The translations under genes and the position numbers were made by a program. A stretch of DNA of 21,261 bases from Ginkgo biloba (Eukaryota > Plantae > Ginkgophyta): NCBI GenBank assembly GCA_024626585.2, contig JANKJI020000002.1, positions 38,602,935-38,624,195 on the forward strand, in the 5' to 3' direction. Below are positions 1 to 10,759 of the stretch, piece by piece. The notes beneath the pieces were generated by a model. The model was given only the letters and a program-made list of their open reading frames with translations. It ran no database searches and had not been told where the DNA came from. Position 1 is the stretch's first letter. The number at the start of each line of letters is the position of its first letter.

Positions 1-996
1 CCTAGTCTTCAATGAAGGAGGTGAATAATTGTCTCTAGTTGGACATATGCCTAGAAGTGTCAGAGTCAAAATACCAACCATTGTCTATAGTCTTACAATT
101 AGTTTATGAAACAACAAATGCATATTACTCTTGTTCACCTTCACTATTTTCATGTTCAACAAGATATGCCTACCTTTTATGTGATTTTTCTTGTGTTCAA
201 GATCCCATATCTTTTTCTTGCATTATTTCTTAATATGACCCAACTTACCACAATAATAGCAACACAAAGTCTTAGCACAAATATGAGAATTACCTAAATT
301 TATAGTTGTTGTATTACTAAGACCTCTTTTTCCTTCCAAATGGTTGTTGTTATTTACCTTTGAATTTTTCCACAAAGGCACTTTCTATAGTCCTATTTCT
401 TCTTCGAAATTGATATTCCCAACATTACTTCTACAACAAGTAACTCCATAACTAATCAAATTTTATACTAGTTAAAGAGGATTCAGTAGTAATATTTAAT
501 GTTCTCACAAAATTTGAAAAGAAGAATATAGACTACTTAGTGTGATTTCCACCATGTATTCCTCCTAAATATTTTTCTCTATTGAGGCAAGTTGCTCTTT
601 TATGTCTTTCAACTTTAATAGATGGTAATAAATTGACCCTCCCTGAACCATTTTTGTAGAAAAAAGCATCTTTTTAAGAAATTATACTTTCTGTTTATCT
701 ATCATTATATACAATGATGCCAAATGAATTTACAACTCTAGACTAGTCTTACCCTATACATATGGGATTAATTCATCAGAAACTTACAACTTTATAAGCA
801 TGAGTGCTTCTTAACTCTTATGGTCATAATCTTCTTGCTTGGTTGTGTTAAATGAATCTCTTATGAATTTTCTAGTCATAATCTCCAACAACTATCTAAA
901 TTCAAAGATGGCAGTCATTTTATATTTCCATATATTATAGTTAGGGATAGTAATTTTTTGGGAATTTGTCAACATAATATTTGGTATCCCTGCCAT
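1..996 (-). mobile_element. Decayed Ty1/Copia LTR retrotransposon gag-protease (UBN2-type gag, CCHC zinc knuckle, aspartic protease start); runs off the left edge
   Basis: Manual minus-strand translation: ATG at 996 gives MAGIPNIMLTNSQKITIPNYNIWKYKMTAIFEF (Copia gag N-terminus); FLKKMLFSTKMVQGGSIYYHLLKLKDIKEQLASIEK (~590-690); CYYCGKLGHIKK*CK zinc knuckle (~220-262); WYFDSDTSRHMSN (~35-78; Copia protease consensus W.LDSGAS.HM). In-frame stops show it is dead. Confidence 0.88.
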
Positions 997-1599
997 GACT
1001 CCTCTGCTTAGTTCTCCTAGTTTCTAATTCAATTATATCTATATTATCTATTATTCACTATTCATAATTTATTATTCACTATTCACTAGTCATTATTTGT
1101 ATTATCTATATGATTTTGTATGTATATTTGTACTATTATATACACTTGTCTATTTTATTTTGTATTATCCATACACCTATCTGTTGGAAATCAAAGAAAA
1201 ACACAAGCAATAAATGGTTAAGAAAATCACACAATATAACATGCAAGGACAAANNNNNNNNNNNNNNNNNNNNNNNNNNNNNNNNNNNNNNNNNNNNNNN
1301 NNNNNNNNNNNNNNNNNNNNNNNNNNNNNNNNNNNNNNNNNNNNNNNNNNNNNTGGATCCCATTACTTTATCAAATAAATGTGACAACTCTTTCTTCAAC
1401 TTGTCTAAAGCAACCCACTTACCCTGATGTGGGTATTAACATTTCCTTCTAACATGGAATGAGTCCAATGTAGAAGGCCTCATTTATAGGATTTGACTAA
1501 TTTGGCATGTAATGTCAAATATTATAAGTCCCTAAGATGAGTCTCATTATCTCATATAATTATTTTAGCTCAATAAGTCGAATTGCATAATCATTTATA

Positions 1600-2190
1600 C
1601 TATACTAATGATTATGAATCACTATTCTTAAAGAAGAGATCTACACTTTAATTGGAATAATAACTTATATCCCATAAATAAGTAAGAATTCTATGAAATA
1701 AGTAGCAACTTTAGAAGTTGTCCTTTATGACCGCAATGATGAATAAATCTTGGTATGTCGATCTTGATAATTTTTGTCAATTATACATCAAAGAATTATC
1801 TTCAATGTATTATTAAAAGTCTCCACTAATCCATTGGCTTGGGGATCATAGGATGAAGCCTTAGAATGATCAATTTTAAGTTTGTTGAAAAGCTCTTCCA
1901 TTAGCTCATTAATGAAGTGAGTTCCTATATCAAATACAATAGGTAATGGGATTCTAAATTTGATAACGATCTAGTTGAAAAGAAACATGATATAACTATT
2001 TCATCATCAACTCATTCTATAGGCATGGCCTCATCCCACTTAGTGAAATAATCAATAACAATAATGATATACTGATAATGGGTACTCATAGGAGGTTTAA
2101 ATGGTCCAACAAAATCAATGCCCCATTTTTTAAAGGGCCCTACAACAACTATGGGATGAAGGGGGGCTAGGGATCCATTTATATTATGCC
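1600..2190 (-). mobile_element. Decayed Ty3/Gypsy integrase core (rve), non-chromovirus (Athila/Tat-like) flavour
   Basis: ORF 2012-2200 PLHPIVVVGPFKKWGIDFVGPF...IDYFTKWDEAMP continues past a stop and frameshift into IPLPIVFDIGTHFINELMEELF...SSYDPQANGLVETFNNTLKIIL and IYGI*VIIPIKV*ISSLR. All three D,D,E positions are recognisable. Confidence 0.9.
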
Positions 2191-2252
2191 AAATTGACAT
2201 CCCTTATGACTATAAATAAGAAGATGGAAATCTCGTAACATAACAAATACTT

Positions 2253-2842
2253 TGACGTAGGGTTTTCTTATGCTGAAGTAAAGATTACTTTGTATAAAGA
2301 TGCATAAATAAATATATAAAATCAAAGCATAAATACAAAAATTAAAGAGAGAAGAGGTGTGAATGATCGAACTAAGTGGGATTTTGTATTATAGAATAAA
2401 TATGAAAACCCACTTTCCTTTCTTCTCCTTTCCCTTAACGAAGAGGATCCAAAGTGAATGATACAACCACCTAAGTGATGCAATGTTAAAATGAAAGAAA
2501 GGCTCANNNNNNNNNNNNNNNNNNNNNNNNNNNNNNNNACTCCTCAAATGATCTTTAGAAAGGAAAGGTGCCATGATGGACCTTCCCCCCCTTAAAAAAA
2601 AATGAGGGAGAGAGTAGAGATCAAGGAACTTTAATGGTATAATAATAAGGAATCCCCCTATTTACTTTTGTATAAAAGAGATAATTAGAAGATAATGATG
2701 CTTTAGGGGGCTAACCATAGGGTAAACTTAAGAAGTGTTACAAGGGTATGCCACATAATGTGATATAGGCTAAGTTACATGCAAGTGGTCGTAAAGGCCT
2801 TATATGCGTATAATGGCTAAATGAGTAGTACATATGTATAGG
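2253..2842. repeat. LTR-like repeat, copy 1 (right end lost in N gap)
   Basis: Starts TGACGTAGGGTTTTCTTATG and is colinear with 7155-7873 (shared blocks GAGGTGTGAATGATC.AACTAAGTGGG, GTGATGCAATG.TAA, AGAAAGGAAAGGTGCCATGATGGA, ATAATGGCTAA.TGAGTAG). Confidence 0.7.
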
Positions 2843-2925
2843 NNNNNNNNNNNNNNNNNNNNNNNNNNNNNNNNNNNNNNNNNNNNNNNNNNNNNNNNNN
2901 NNNNNNNNNNNNNNNNNNNNNNNNN

Positions 2926-3373
2926 AGCATCTAAATATGGTCAAACACCTAGAAACTTCCCTACTAAGGAGAGCCTACTCTGGTCCACTACCAGATCCAC
3001 AAGGGAGTCCAGAATGTACAACTCTCCATTAGAAGGCAAAATATCGAAATAACTAATGTCAATCTTTTGCTTACCCTTTAAAATATTTACCCATGAGAGA
3101 GAACCAGGGTCAAAATGGCATGGGCCCCTTTTGTCCACATGAGGACCTGATATCCTGTTAGGCCCCTCCACTGACCTGCATGACAAAGGGTCACCATCCC
3201 CAAAATCCTCCTCAACCTTCACTGCACCTTTCTCTCTGCCAGATTCCATTTGTCCTCCAACCTCAAAAGGAAGAAGTTTAAAGTTCCTAAGCAACAATGA
3301 ACCCCAGGTAGAATGCACAAGGTGTAAACTCGAGACTGAGTGGCCCTGATCACAGCGTCTAACTAAGGCTTCC
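2926..3373 (-). mobile_element. L1-clade LINE 5' end / ORF1 N-terminus (DUF4283-like), truncated at gap
   Basis: ORF 2941-3318 ends SWVNILKG...ILDSLVDLVVDQSRLSLVGKFLGV*PYLDA, matching the plant LINE ORF1 pattern SW..V/I...LVGKF.G.RP with a stop at the R position. The 5' boundary is approximate. Confidence 0.75.
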
Positions 3374-4284
3374 TTTATTGACTTGGCTCTTCACCCTTCC
3401 TTTATTCAAAACTATTTAAACATGAAGTTATTTAGTATAATATCCCATTTAATCTTAGGGTGAAACCATATAAGTATAAATAGAGACCAAATAGTCTCAA
3501 ACTGGAGGGTATGATTTTTAGAGAATTGTAGAATATTTTGAATGCTAGAATTATTTTTTCAGTATACTACTCTACTTGGGTCGCAAATATGGTCCATGTC
3601 TAAAACCTGATGGAAAATAAATGTAGCAAAACTAATAATGAATGTGTATGGCATGGTACAGATAAATGAATTGCATGATGTAGCTAATTGGCTCAATTAC
3701 AAAAATGTCAATGACTTAAGTTCAACTAAAAATATATTATTACACATCCATTACGAAAGATGCACTAATGATAATTATCCATTTAAGGGAATTAATGTTG
3801 ACTTTAATCTTGCCATGCATTGAATTGTCCAAGTAATTCTTATAGATATTGTGAGGAAGCCTTAACATCTAATTTACTTTAGTTAGTATGCTAGACACTC
3901 TCTAGTTTTGGTGACAACTTTCATGGTGACAACCTAAGTCTGAACCAATTTGTTGCAAGCCTTGAACATTGTAAACACTAGGTGATTTGGGTTGACTTTA
4001 AAGAAAAAGGATAATTAGCCTTGTTTGTTGGCTAAGTCTAGGAATAATTTCTTTAATGGTGTTATAGGGTCCCCTTAGCAAGGTTTTAGGGGCATCATAC
4101 TTAGTGGGAATGCACGCCTCACCACCCGATATTATCATAAGACTAATTTGCACTTTGAAATGCTAAAGTTCTATAATTTCTACTAAGGAAAATATTTGTC
4201 AAANNNNNNNNNNNNNNNNNAATGAATTTGTCTAGATCGTACGAACTTGTCAAAATCACACACAATTGTAAGTTTGTAATGAGC

Positions 4285-4374
4285 TATGATATTATAAAAC
4301 ATTATGATAGTATAAAAAGTTATAATAGTATAAAAGGTTATGGCAGTGCATAAGGCAATGGTAATGAAAAGAGT
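4285..4374. repeat. 18-bp degenerate minisatellite (~5 units)
   Basis: TATGATATTATAAAACAT / TATGATAGTATAAAAAGT / TATAATAGTATAAAAGGT / TATGGCAGTGCATAAGGC / AATGGTAATGAAAAGAGT; explains the 6-aa periodicity (ITFYTI) of ORF 4183-4398. Confidence 0.8.
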
Positions 4375-6310
4375 GGCGACAAAGGTGCAAGATTGCATAT
4401 AGTCATGGCATCACAAAACTTTGTAATATTACAAAGGGATGTCGTATAACAAAGGGCTACAACANNNNNNNNNNNNNNNNNNNNNNNNNNNNNNNNNNNN
4501 NNNNNNNNNNNNNNNNNNNNNNNNNNNNNNNNNNNNNNNNNNNNNNNNNNNNNNNNNNNNNNNNNNNNNNNNNNNNNNNNNNNNNNNNNNNNNNNNNNNN
4601 NNNNNNNNNNNNNNNNNNNNNNNNNNNNNNNNNNNNNNNNNNNNNNNNNNNNNNNNNNNNNNNNNNNNNNNNNNNNNNNNNNNNNNNNNNNNNNNNNNNN
4701 NNNNNNNNNNNNNNNNNNNNNNNNNNNNNNNNNNNNNNNNNNNNNNNNNNNNNNNNNNNNNNNNNNNNNNNNNNNNNNNNNNNNNNNNNNNNNNNNNNNN
4801 NNNNNNNNNNNNNNNNNNNNNNNNNNNNNNNNNNNNNNNNNNNNNNNNNNNNNNNNNNNNNNNNNNNNNNNNNNNNNNNNNNNNNNNNNNNNNNNNNNNN
4901 NNNNNNNNNNNNNNNNNNNNNNNNNNNNNNNNNNNNNNNNNNNNNNNNNNNNNNNNNNNNNNNNNNNNNNNNNNNNNNNNNNNNNNNNNNNNNNNNNNNN
5001 NNNNNNNNNNNNNNNNNNNNNNNNNNNNNNNNNNNNNNNNNNNNNNNNNNNNNNNNNNNNNNNNNNNNNNNNNNNNNNNNNNNNNNNNNNNNNNNNNNNN
5101 NNNNNNNNNNNNNNNNNNNNNNNNNNNNNNNNNNNNNNNNNNNNNNNNNNNNNNNNNNNNNNNNNNNNNNNNNNNNNNNNNNNNNNNNNNNNNNNNNNNN
5201 NNNNNNNNNNNNNNNNNNNNNNNNNNNNNNNNNNNNNNNNNNNNNNNNNNNNNNNNNNNNCATGAAAAGATATTCCACTTAAGGAGGTAGATCCTTAAAT
5301 ATTTTGTTCGCTCCAAATGCCTTGTTATTTTATATTAGAACACAAACGAAGAGAATTGTCAACTTTCTACAAATGTAAACTACCCTAATCATCCTCCTGT
5401 TGTTTTGCATGACTAGTGGAAGAATCTAACGCAATTGATTGCATGAGTGTACTCCAACTATGTTGTGCCCTTGATGCTAAATCACCACATCCTATTTGAC
5501 AACTCCTTTCATGCATATACTATCTTGAAAATGATATTTCTCCCTAGATTTTCATTCTGGAACTTATGTTGTTGACTCACATGAAATTCGTGTAACTTCG
5601 TTCATATGGACAAGACATTTCCTTGCAAGTTACTTATTCCATGGTTGTAGAGAGTTTTGTCCAAATAAATATTTGGTAAGCACTTATTATTTCTTACTAG
5701 AATCATCGTTTTAAATAAATGCCAAATCAAATGAAATTGCACTATGATCACCCAATACAATGGCTTCCAAACTAACGCCGACTAATCAGTATAATGATAA
5801 TCAAATTCTCAATCTTTTACAAATTTCTCTCTCTCAATTGGTGAGAGTTGCACGCATTCTTCTATCAGATGATTCGGGGCTAACCTTCATGGGTGCATCT
5901 ACCAGCCAAAAATATTCTATGTGAGTGCCTCTTGGGAGATCCTCGTGAAGATGTTTTATGCGACTTGTAATTCTTGAGAAGTGGTTATGGGCATTCTTTA
6001 GACAACATTTTATGTTACCGAATTTATTACATCAATAAATGTCTGTGCAGAGTAGTCATTCGATGCCTTCAGTTCTCTTTCAGTAATACTATTTAAATCT
6101 ATGTGAGTGTCAGGGCATTGGAGACTTTAGGAGACGCTGGTTTTCTACTTGTTGAAGATGGTTGACCACTTTATAAAATGTTAGCCACAGAAGAAAAGCA
6201 GCCTAAAGTGGTGTCCATGGCCCAGGCGCATGTAGTGAACGCCAAAGCTCTCGCACATTCCAGACGGCTACCGGACCTACCTTTGGCAAATATGTTCCGT
6301 ATTTATTCCG

Positions 6311-6365
6311 CTCCAAATACTGTTGGAATTTACGGCCATACCGTAAATTCAAACAGTATTTAGAG
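6311..6365. repeat. 25-bp inverted repeat (hairpin) with 5-nt loop
   Basis: CTCCAAATACTGTTGGAATTTACGG-CCATA-CCGTAAATTCAAACAGTATTTAGAG; arms pair at 23 of 25 positions. Confidence 0.9.
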
Positions 6366-7154
6366 TTTGAGCTTGGTCGATAGGTGACGTGTGAAATCCA
6401 ATTGATTTTTAATAGGGCGGTCCCATAGAGGGGGCTAGGCTTCTACAATTATAGAAGATTATTGTCCCATGGAGGGTCTTTCTTCCTTGTGAAGGGCTAT
6501 TTGCATTATTAATTATNNNNNNNNNNNNNNNNNNNNNNNNNNNNNNNNNNNNNNNNNNNNNNNNNNNNNNNNNNNNNNNNNNNNNNNNNNNNNNNNNNNN
6601 NNNNNNNNNNNNNNNNNNNNNNNNNNNNNNNNNNNNNNNNNNNNNNNNNNNNNNNNNNNNNNNNNNNNNNNNNNNNNNNNNNNNNNNNNNNNNNNNNNNN
6701 NNNNNNNNNNNNNNNNNNNNNNNNNNNNNNNNNNNNNNNNTTGAAACATGTGTTAAGTGAAAAAAATAATTTTTTTTGTTAAAAAGGTGGAGCTTTGACT
6801 CTTTAATAGGATTTTTTTTTAACGGTTGTTGGAGAGGAGGGGTTGAATTTAGCTTTGATTATTTTGGAGAATTCAGAGACATTTAGATAGAAATGATTGA
6901 CTCTGTCATTTTTTTCTTCCTCTTCCATTTCTCATATTTGAACACTTGAGGATTTGTGTTGTTGTAATAGCTATTCTAAAAAATTTCACTGTGTCATGGA
7001 ACCATGATTAGTTTTTTATACTCTTACATTTGCTCAACAACAACAACTAAGAAAAATTAGGAAGCCCCCTTGCATGGGACCTCCTTGTAAGATGGGGTTT
7101 AGGACCTCAACGATGCTAATAATCTTAGAACATAATGAACGCTTTATGGATTTA

Positions 7155-7873
7155 TGGACATAGGATTTTTTTTAATGNNNNNNNNNNNNNNNNNNNNNNN
7201 NNNNNNNNNNNNNNNNNNNNNNNNNNTTGTATAAATATGCATAAAAAAATTATAAAAATATAGCACAAACACAAAAAATTAAGAGAGAGGAGGTGTGAAT
7301 GATCTAACTAAGTGGGGTTTTGTGCTATGGAATAATGTGAAAATCCACTTTTCTCTCTTCTCTTTTCCTTTAGTGAGGAGTCTCCAAAGTAAATAGTATA
7401 ATTGCCATAGGTGATGCAATGCTAAGATGAAGAAAGACTCGTGATATGTTATGNNNNNNNNNNNNNNNNNNNNNNNNNNNNNNNNNNNNNNNNNNNNNNA
7501 GAAAGGAAAGGTGCCATGATGGATCCCCTCATAAAGGGGAGAATAAAGATGAAGGCACTATAATGACACAATATTAAAGAATCCTTCTATTTACTTTTTT
7601 ATATATAAAATATTTATATGATATAGGCACATTGGGAGATTAACCATAAAATAAATTTAAGAAGTGTCACAAGAGTATGTCACATAATGTGAGATAGATT
7701 AAGTCGCATGTAAGTGGTCACAAATCAATGATATGTCTGGAGATAATGAAAAGTGACTACAAGGTGGGCCTCATACGTAGATAATGGCTAATGAGTAGGA
7801 CACATGCATGGGTGCGAAAAATGACGGGAACACTCATGACCTACCTTTACTTTCACATACTTGCACCCTCACA
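7155..7873. repeat. LTR-like repeat, copy 2 (probable solo LTR, ~720 bp including N runs)
   Basis: Begins TGGACATAGGATTTT (aligns to TGACGTAGGGTTTT of copy 1, with a CpG-to-CA change), is colinear with 2253-2842, and ends TTGCACCCTCACA (TG...CA termini). No clean target-site duplication is seen. Confidence 0.7.
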
Positions 7874-9079
7874 TATAGGGGTTTTCACATTACGCCTATT
7901 TGGGATTCTNNNNNNNNNNNNNNNNNNNNNNNNNNNNNNNNNNNNNNNNNNNNNNNNNNNNNNNNNNNNNNNNNNNNNNNNNNNNNNNNNNNNNNNNNNN
8001 NNNNNNNNNNNNNNNNNNNNNNNNNNNNNNNNNNNNNNNNNNNNNNNNNNNNNNNNNNNNNNNNNNNNNNNNNNNNNNNNNNNNNNNNNNNNNNNNNNNN
8101 NNNNNNNNNNNNNNNNNNNNNNNNNNNNNNNNNNNNNNNNNNNNNNNNNNNNNNNNNNNNNNNNNNNNNNNNNNNNNNNNNNNNNNNNNNNNNNNNNNNN
8201 NNNNNNNNNNNNNNNNNNNNNNNNNNNNNNNNNNNNNNNNNNNNNNNNNNNNNNNNNNNNNNNNNNNNNNNNNNNNNNNNNNNNNNNNNNNNNNNNNNNN
8301 NNNNNNNNNNNNNNNNNNNNNNNNNNNNNNNNNNNNNNNNNNNNNNNNNNNNNNNNNNNNNNNNNNNNNNNNNNNNNNNNNNNNNNNNNNNNNNNNNNNN
8401 NNNNNNNNNNNNNNNNNNNNNNNNNNNNNNNNNNNNNNNNNNNNNNNNNNNNNNNNNNNNNNNNNNNNNNNNNNNNNNNNNNNNNNNNNNNNNNNNNATG
8501 CCACGAGTTTCCATCTTAAACGATTTTTAATAAAAATAAAATTTTTAAGTGTGTAATATATTAAGAATAAAAATAATTAAATATGTTAATAGACAAATAA
8601 ATATATTACCTATAAATATGCCTTAAAATTAAACAAAAAACAAAAAATACAAGACACCCAAAGTTTTTTTTGCTATGGAACTCAAACATATGCTAAAGTG
8701 TATAATATATTAAGAATAGAAAGAAATTTAAAATATAAATAAAAAAAGGAATACAATAATCATACAATTTGTTTCGAGGGCCACTTCACATTTGTTTATA
8801 CTCACACACAAATTAAATTAGAGATATCATTTAAATTTAGTTCATTAGAAAAAAATTTCCTTGTTTTTTAAAAAGCAACCTAGCGCACCCGAAAAGACCA
8901 TCAAAACTTGAACAATGTTTTAAACTTTAACAAAACCGTTAACAAAACTCAATGCAAAGTGACAAATGGCACTATTTCATTTGATATTAATTTATTTGCG
9001 ATTGAAAAGTGGCTTTAAAAACCGAGAAAAAGTTGCAAGCAAATTTTCAAAGTGGCAGCCACAAAAGGAAATAATTGGG

Positions 9080-9351
9080 TTGCCGAAAACGTTGCGAATA
9101 CTACTAAAACAAGAAAATTCACAAAGGAGGTTTTATTTGACGGACGTTGCTCGGTTTCTTACGTGGAGCAATCAAAACTCGTGGGCTTCTCCAATCCGTT
9201 CGTATTTTGATCTTCTCTCTCTCTCTGAGTGCTCCGGAGGAAATTTGTTGAAGGGTGAAGATTGCCGGAAAGCGATGACAATGCTGCATGCGGTTTTAAA
9301 TATTGAATGGAATAGTTTACAGATTTGAAATTTGATGGTAAATACAGGTTC
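9080..9351 (+). promoter_or_regulatory. CpG-retaining proximal promoter / 5' UTR with (CT)n pyrimidine patch
   Basis: CpG is frequent here, unlike the CpG-depleted TE surroundings. A (CT)n tract at ~9213-9226 lies just upstream of the coding exon, and an in-frame TAG at 9313-9315 precedes ATG 9352. Confidence 0.55.
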
Positions 9352-9555
9352 ATGGATATGGATGCGGAGACAGATGCCAAACAAGAAGTTGAAGACTTGG
9401 AGGACAGCCAATTAGATGGTAAAATCGAGAGAACCAGAAGGCTCTTAAAATCACCGTTTTTCTCGAAATTATCGGATGGCGGTGAAAAGCTTCGTATTCA
9501 TCTCCAAAAACTATCGGCCGAGAAAGAACGCAGGCAGCAATCTCCATCGCAAAAG
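9352..9555 (+). CDS. ULP1D: Probable first coding exon of a ULP1C/ULP1D (OTS1/OTS2-type) SUMO protease, N-terminal coiled-coil region; remaining exons not identified in the window
   Basis: 68 intact codons MDMDAETDAKQEVEDLEDSQLDGKIERTRRLLKSPFFSKLSDGGEKLRIHLQKLSAEKERRQQSPSQK end at a phase-0 donor AAG|GTTTGG. The pattern L.D..L...I.R...L[PS]D.GEKLR...L..EK.RR is as I recall the OTS1/OTS2 N-terminus (LPDKGEKIR...LEEEKQRR). No C48 catalytic domain is seen. Confidence 0.65.
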
Positions 9556-10759
9556 GTTTGGTTAAATCCTTGTGGAAATGAATGATAATGTAGTATAGTT
9601 TTTAAATTTTTTTCTAGAATGTTTTTCCTAATCCTTGGACGGAGATACTGAAATTAGGGCAAATTTACTTAATACAATGTATACCACAGGGTCTACAATT
9701 TCTCTGTCGGTATACATAGTCCAGTGAAGAGATGTTTCTATTTTGATTTTTTGTGATTGCTGTACTGTTTCTTCCTGTCCTCAGTTGAACATTTTGCAGA
9801 TACATTTATCTGTGTCCTCGCTGGGCGTACTTCCTCTCTCATTTTTGCATCTTAGTTGGTGCTTTCCAGTCCGGAAATGTTCCACTTCCTGCATGTTATC
9901 TCTGGTTTTTTGCTACAACATACGGTTGGATTTCCCTAATACTGCTGTCCCCTTGTCATATTTTAATTCTGCAGCCGCCCTTTGAATAATTCTATTTATG
10001 GCCCCTCATTTAATTTTCCTTGTTCTGTCCCCTCTTGCTTACGTTAGATCGTAATGACTATGCGATGGGCTACCGCCCAATTCTTCACTGCCAAGAATTC
10101 TCGTTTGAAGATCGGCTCTAATGCAAGCGGCCATGTTGCAAAATAAACAAAGCCATGCACATGCATGTCTTTTTTTAAGCTCTTGCCAAATTAGCCTACA
10201 AGTGTAATCACTCTCAATATTGTAGGAAGAACNNNNNNNNNNNNNNNNNNNNNNNNNNNNNNNNNNNNNNNNNNNNNNNNNNNNNNNNNNNNNNNNNNNN
10301 NNNNNNNNNNNNNNNNNNNNNNNNNNNNNNNNTTCGTTAGCCAAGTATTTATACATTTTGTCATCATGTCAGTTTTAACCATCCACAACTAACCGGAACA
10401 GTTAGAATTACATTGCAACTACAAAATATGTATATCGGTGTTTCCAGTCACAGACTGACTGGGAAATACACTACATACCAGTGACTCACAGTTGCCAGTC
10501 ACCATGTGACTAGTAAATACATTTGAACTCGGTCACTAACACAGGTTATTTTACAAGGAAACGAAATTCAGAAGGGTAAAACAGGAATGTCATAAAAGAT
10601 GGTTGGTGTTGATCTGATCTTGAAGTCATACTCCTTTTGTTAGCAACCTTCAGCGCCATACTTGCCAAATTGTGATAAGCAAAATAGTCGCTTATCAATC
10701 CCCCAACCAAAGCCACCCCATCTACCATTTTCACATTTATCTTCCTTGTTCAGAGAGAT

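Noticed and set aside
1170-1253. PBS and 5' LTR edge of the Copia element (TGTTGG at 1182)
   Set aside because: The position is plausible, but the PBS is too degenerate to support and the sequence runs into a gap.
4429-8556. Long 200-295 aa ORFs in the ORF track (4429-5316 and 7791-8556 groups)
   Set aside because: They consist almost wholly of X from N runs and are artefacts.
8547-8718. 23-bp direct repeat (8547-8569 and 8696-8718, one mismatch)
   Set aside because: Very AT-rich; most likely internal repetition of a non-autonomous element, with no further structure seen.
8966-9328. 120-aa ORF upstream of the exon as a separate gene
   Set aside because: It runs through promoter-like and (CT)n sequence with no recognisable domain; only its last 17 codons are of interest (reported as a uORF).
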